Positions 62,419 through 64,000 of a DNA stretch of 64,000 nt are shown piece by piece. The DNA lies in the NCBI GenBank assembly GCA_964405825.1, contig CAYOPI010000003.1, positions 33,180 through 97,179 of the forward strand, in the 5' to 3' direction. A program made the translations under genes and the position numbers. The stretch's first letter is position 1. Each line of letters begins with the position of its first letter. The DNA comes from an uncultured Opitutales bacterium (GTDB lineage: Bacteria; Verrucomicrobiota; Verrucomicrobiia; Opitutales; JBHJGM01). The notes under the pieces are model-generated. The model ran no database searches. It saw only the letters and a list, made by a program, of their open reading frames with translations, and was not told the DNA's origin.

Positions 62419-63384
62419 ATGGCTAATACTCTCCGCAGACGCAAACAGCACCAGATCCGGCTCTGGAAGACCCTGTCCATCGGGATCCTCCTGCTGTTTT
62501 TCTTGCTGACGCTGGTCTGGCTGATCAACAAGCCAGGCCCGGGAGAGGTGCAGGCGCAGCAGAGCGCCCAGATCGAATCCGTCGAGGGCACGGCCAAGGC
62601 CGAGACACCGGCCAACGGCCCGGTCGAGGTACGCACCCCGGCCGACTGGATGTGGCTGCTCATCTTCATCCCGCCGATGTTCTATCTGGCCGGCATCAAC
62701 CTGGAGGATCTGCCCGCGCGGTACTACACCCTGGGCGCACTGGAGCCCTTCCCCATTCCCTTTTCGATGATGTTCGACCGCGCCGTCATCGCGATGATCA
62801 TCATTTTCTCCGGGTTGATCCTCAACGTGGTCTTTCTGCTGGTCTCACTGGTGGTGGAGCCCTTCACCTGGCAGAACATGTTCTTTTGCCTGTACATGGC
62901 GATCATGCTCTGGGAGCTGCCCAACAGTGTGCGCATCTTCCGCTTCCTGCAGCACGTGCACATCCTGCACGTGGCCCAGGATGGTCGGCGCGCGATCCGC
63001 ACCGCCCTGGACGCCTTCACGCCCGACACCGTCGTGCCGACCTCGGGCATGCTCGACGACCCGGCCTTCACCCAGCGCATCTACCAGCAGCTCGAGAGCG
63101 AGGCCCGCGGGTTGATGCTGGAGAACTCCCCCCTGGGAGCCGACCAGCAGTTCAACCTCAACCTGGCCATCCGCGGGGGCGAAGCCGTCTATCAGGCCGA
63201 GACCGCCGTGGAGAAAGACGACCGCAACGAACTGGCCGTGGCCCTGGGGATCATTCAGTCCCTCTGCCGTCACGGCCCGATTCAGCCGCCGCTGAACATC
63301 GCCAGCATGCGCGACTCGCTCAAGGAACTCGAAGGCAGCGTGCGGACGCCGTCCGAGCCCTTGGTCAAACCGGCGCTGAGCTGA
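62419..63384 (+). CDS. Hypothetical polytopic membrane protein
   Basis: 321-aa ORF with about 4 hydrophobic segments (SIGILLLFFLLTLVWLI, WMWLLIFIPPMFYLAGI, VIAMIIIFSGLILNVVFLLVSLVV, MFFCLYMAIMLW) and a soluble C-terminal half of about 150 aa. I recognise no family. Confidence 0.5.
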   Translation: MANTLRRRKQHQIRLWKTLSIGILLLFFLLTLVWLINKPGPGEVQAQQSAQIESVEGTAKAETPANGPVEVRTPADWMWLLIFIPPMFYLAGINLEDLPARYYTLGALEPFPIPFSMMFDRAVIAMIIIFSGLILNVVFLLVSLVVEPFTWQNMFFCLYMAIMLWELPNSVRIFRFLQHVHILHVAQDGRRAIRTALDAFTPDTVVPTSGMLDDPAFTQRIYQQLESEARGLMLENSPLGADQQFNLNLAIRGGEAVYQAETAVEKDDRNELAVALGIIQSLCRHGPIQPPLNIASMRDSLKELEGSVRTPSEPLVKPALS

Positions 63385-63459
63385 CCCGTCCGGCGGCCCG
63401 CTCCCGCGCTCAAGATTGCGCTGGAGCCGCCGCCACGCACCCCCCTAGATTGGCAGGCT

Positions 63460-64000
63460 ATGAAGATCCTTGTCGTCGGCGCCGGAGACGTCGGCAGCTT
63501 CCTCAGTCAGCGCCTGTCGCTGGAGGGCCACGAGGTCACCGTCATTGAAGCGGCCACCCACACGGCCGACCAGACCGACGAGTCCTACAACGTGCGCGTG
63601 ATCCAGGGCAACGGCTCTTCGGCCTCCACGCTGATGCGGGCGGACGCCCCCAAGGCCGACTTCCTCCTGGCGCTGACCAGCGACGACACGACCAACCTGG
63701 TCGCCGGCTCGCTCGCCAAGAAGCTCGGCGTAAACTCCACGGCCGCCCGCATCCACGACCAGACTTTCTCGGACAACTCGGTCATCAACTACCAGCTGCA
63801 CTTCGGTATCGACCACCTGCTCAACCCCGAAGCGCTCTGCGCGGTCGAGATCGCCAAGGCCGTCCGCAATCCCGGGCGCGTGGCCGTCGAGAACTTTGCC
63901 CGCGGCGAAATCGAGATGCAGCAGGTACGCGTCTCCAAGCGCAGCAAGCTCACCGGCAAGCCCCTGCACGAACTCAAGCTCGAAGGCAACGTGCGCATCG
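63460..64000 (+). CDS. trkA: Trk system potassium uptake protein TrkA (NAD-binding), 3' end cut by the window edge
   Basis: Not in the ORF track because it runs off the edge. Hand translation from the ATG at 63460 gives MKILVVGAGDVGSFLSQRLSLEGHEVTVIE... ...ADFLLALTSDDTTNLVAGSLAKKLG... (TrkA_N Rossmann GxGxxG). Confidence 0.85.
   Translation, partial: MKILVVGAGDVGSFLSQRLSLEGHEVTVIEAATHTADQTDESYNVRVIQGNGSSASTLMRADAPKADFLLALTSDDTTNLVAGSLAKKLGVNSTAARIHDQTFSDNSVINYQLHFGIDHLLNPEALCAVEIAKAVRNPGRVAVENFARGEIEMQQVRVSKRSKLTGKPLHELKLEGNVRI

Noticed and set aside
1-64000. CRISPR arrays, rRNA genes, IS elements/transposases, integrases or prophage blocks.
   Set aside because: I saw no regularly spaced direct repeats, no DDE or tyrosine-recombinase motifs in any frame of the ORF track, and no rRNA-like sequence. 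In particular, the tRNA-Glu at 4727-4804 is not followed by an integrase or a repeated tRNA 3' fragment.

Overview
High-GC (hand counts about 65-67% in core genes) bacterial chromosomal window from a Gram-negative-type organism. The gene content (FGE-sulfatase fusion, GxxExxY protein, non-cellulosomal dockerin, large EPS locus) tentatively suggests Verrucomicrobiota or a PVC-like lineage; that is inference only. All family calls come from reading motifs in the translations; no database search or HMM was run.

Layout:
- 1-11.8 kb: housekeeping genes. yebC (partial), the rpmH-rnpA-yidD-yidC cluster, purC, tRNA-Glu(UUC), msrA, thpR, a phosphohexomutase, a UDP-sugar pyrophosphorylase and an ftsB-like gene.
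- 12.0-15.2 kb: an ExeA/GspA-like AAA ATPase followed by two tandem GspB-like single-pass membrane proteins.
- 15.3-23.5 kb: AraC regulator, PhyH dioxygenase, an 842-aa secreted beta-helix protein with a dockerin, cysI, an orphan RsbW-like kinase and ldhA.
- 23.5-28.6 kb: a lower-GC accessory islet. It holds a GxxExxY gene with an in-frame TGA, a GH10 xylanase, an orphan PilT-like ATPase, and a DUF5131 (Gp37/Gp68 three-Cys) plus TcmP pair in which tcmP carries an in-frame TAA.
- 28.7-38.1 kb: htpG, a coiled-coil FGE-sulfatase fusion, tyrA-aroA-cmk, purK-purE and a DUF429 gene.
- 38.1-58.6 kb: about 20 kb of genes all on the minus strand forming an exopolysaccharide locus. It contains a priming phosphotransferase, an outer-membrane barrel, Wza, a Wzc tyrosine kinase, a sulfotransferase, an MsbA/PglK-like ABC exporter, several glycosyltransferases, two acetyltransferases, a Wzy-like polymerase, an epimerase and a translationally coupled NUP-family gene.
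- 59.0-64.0 kb: a divergent unorthodox hybrid histidine kinase, an unknown membrane protein and trkA (partial).

No CRISPR array, rRNA, transposase or integrase was seen.

The most promising leads for uncharacterised biology are the TcmP/DUF5131(/PilT) module, the secretin-less ExeA plus 2x GspB-like module, and the sulfotransferase/ABC-containing EPS locus that has no Wzx.
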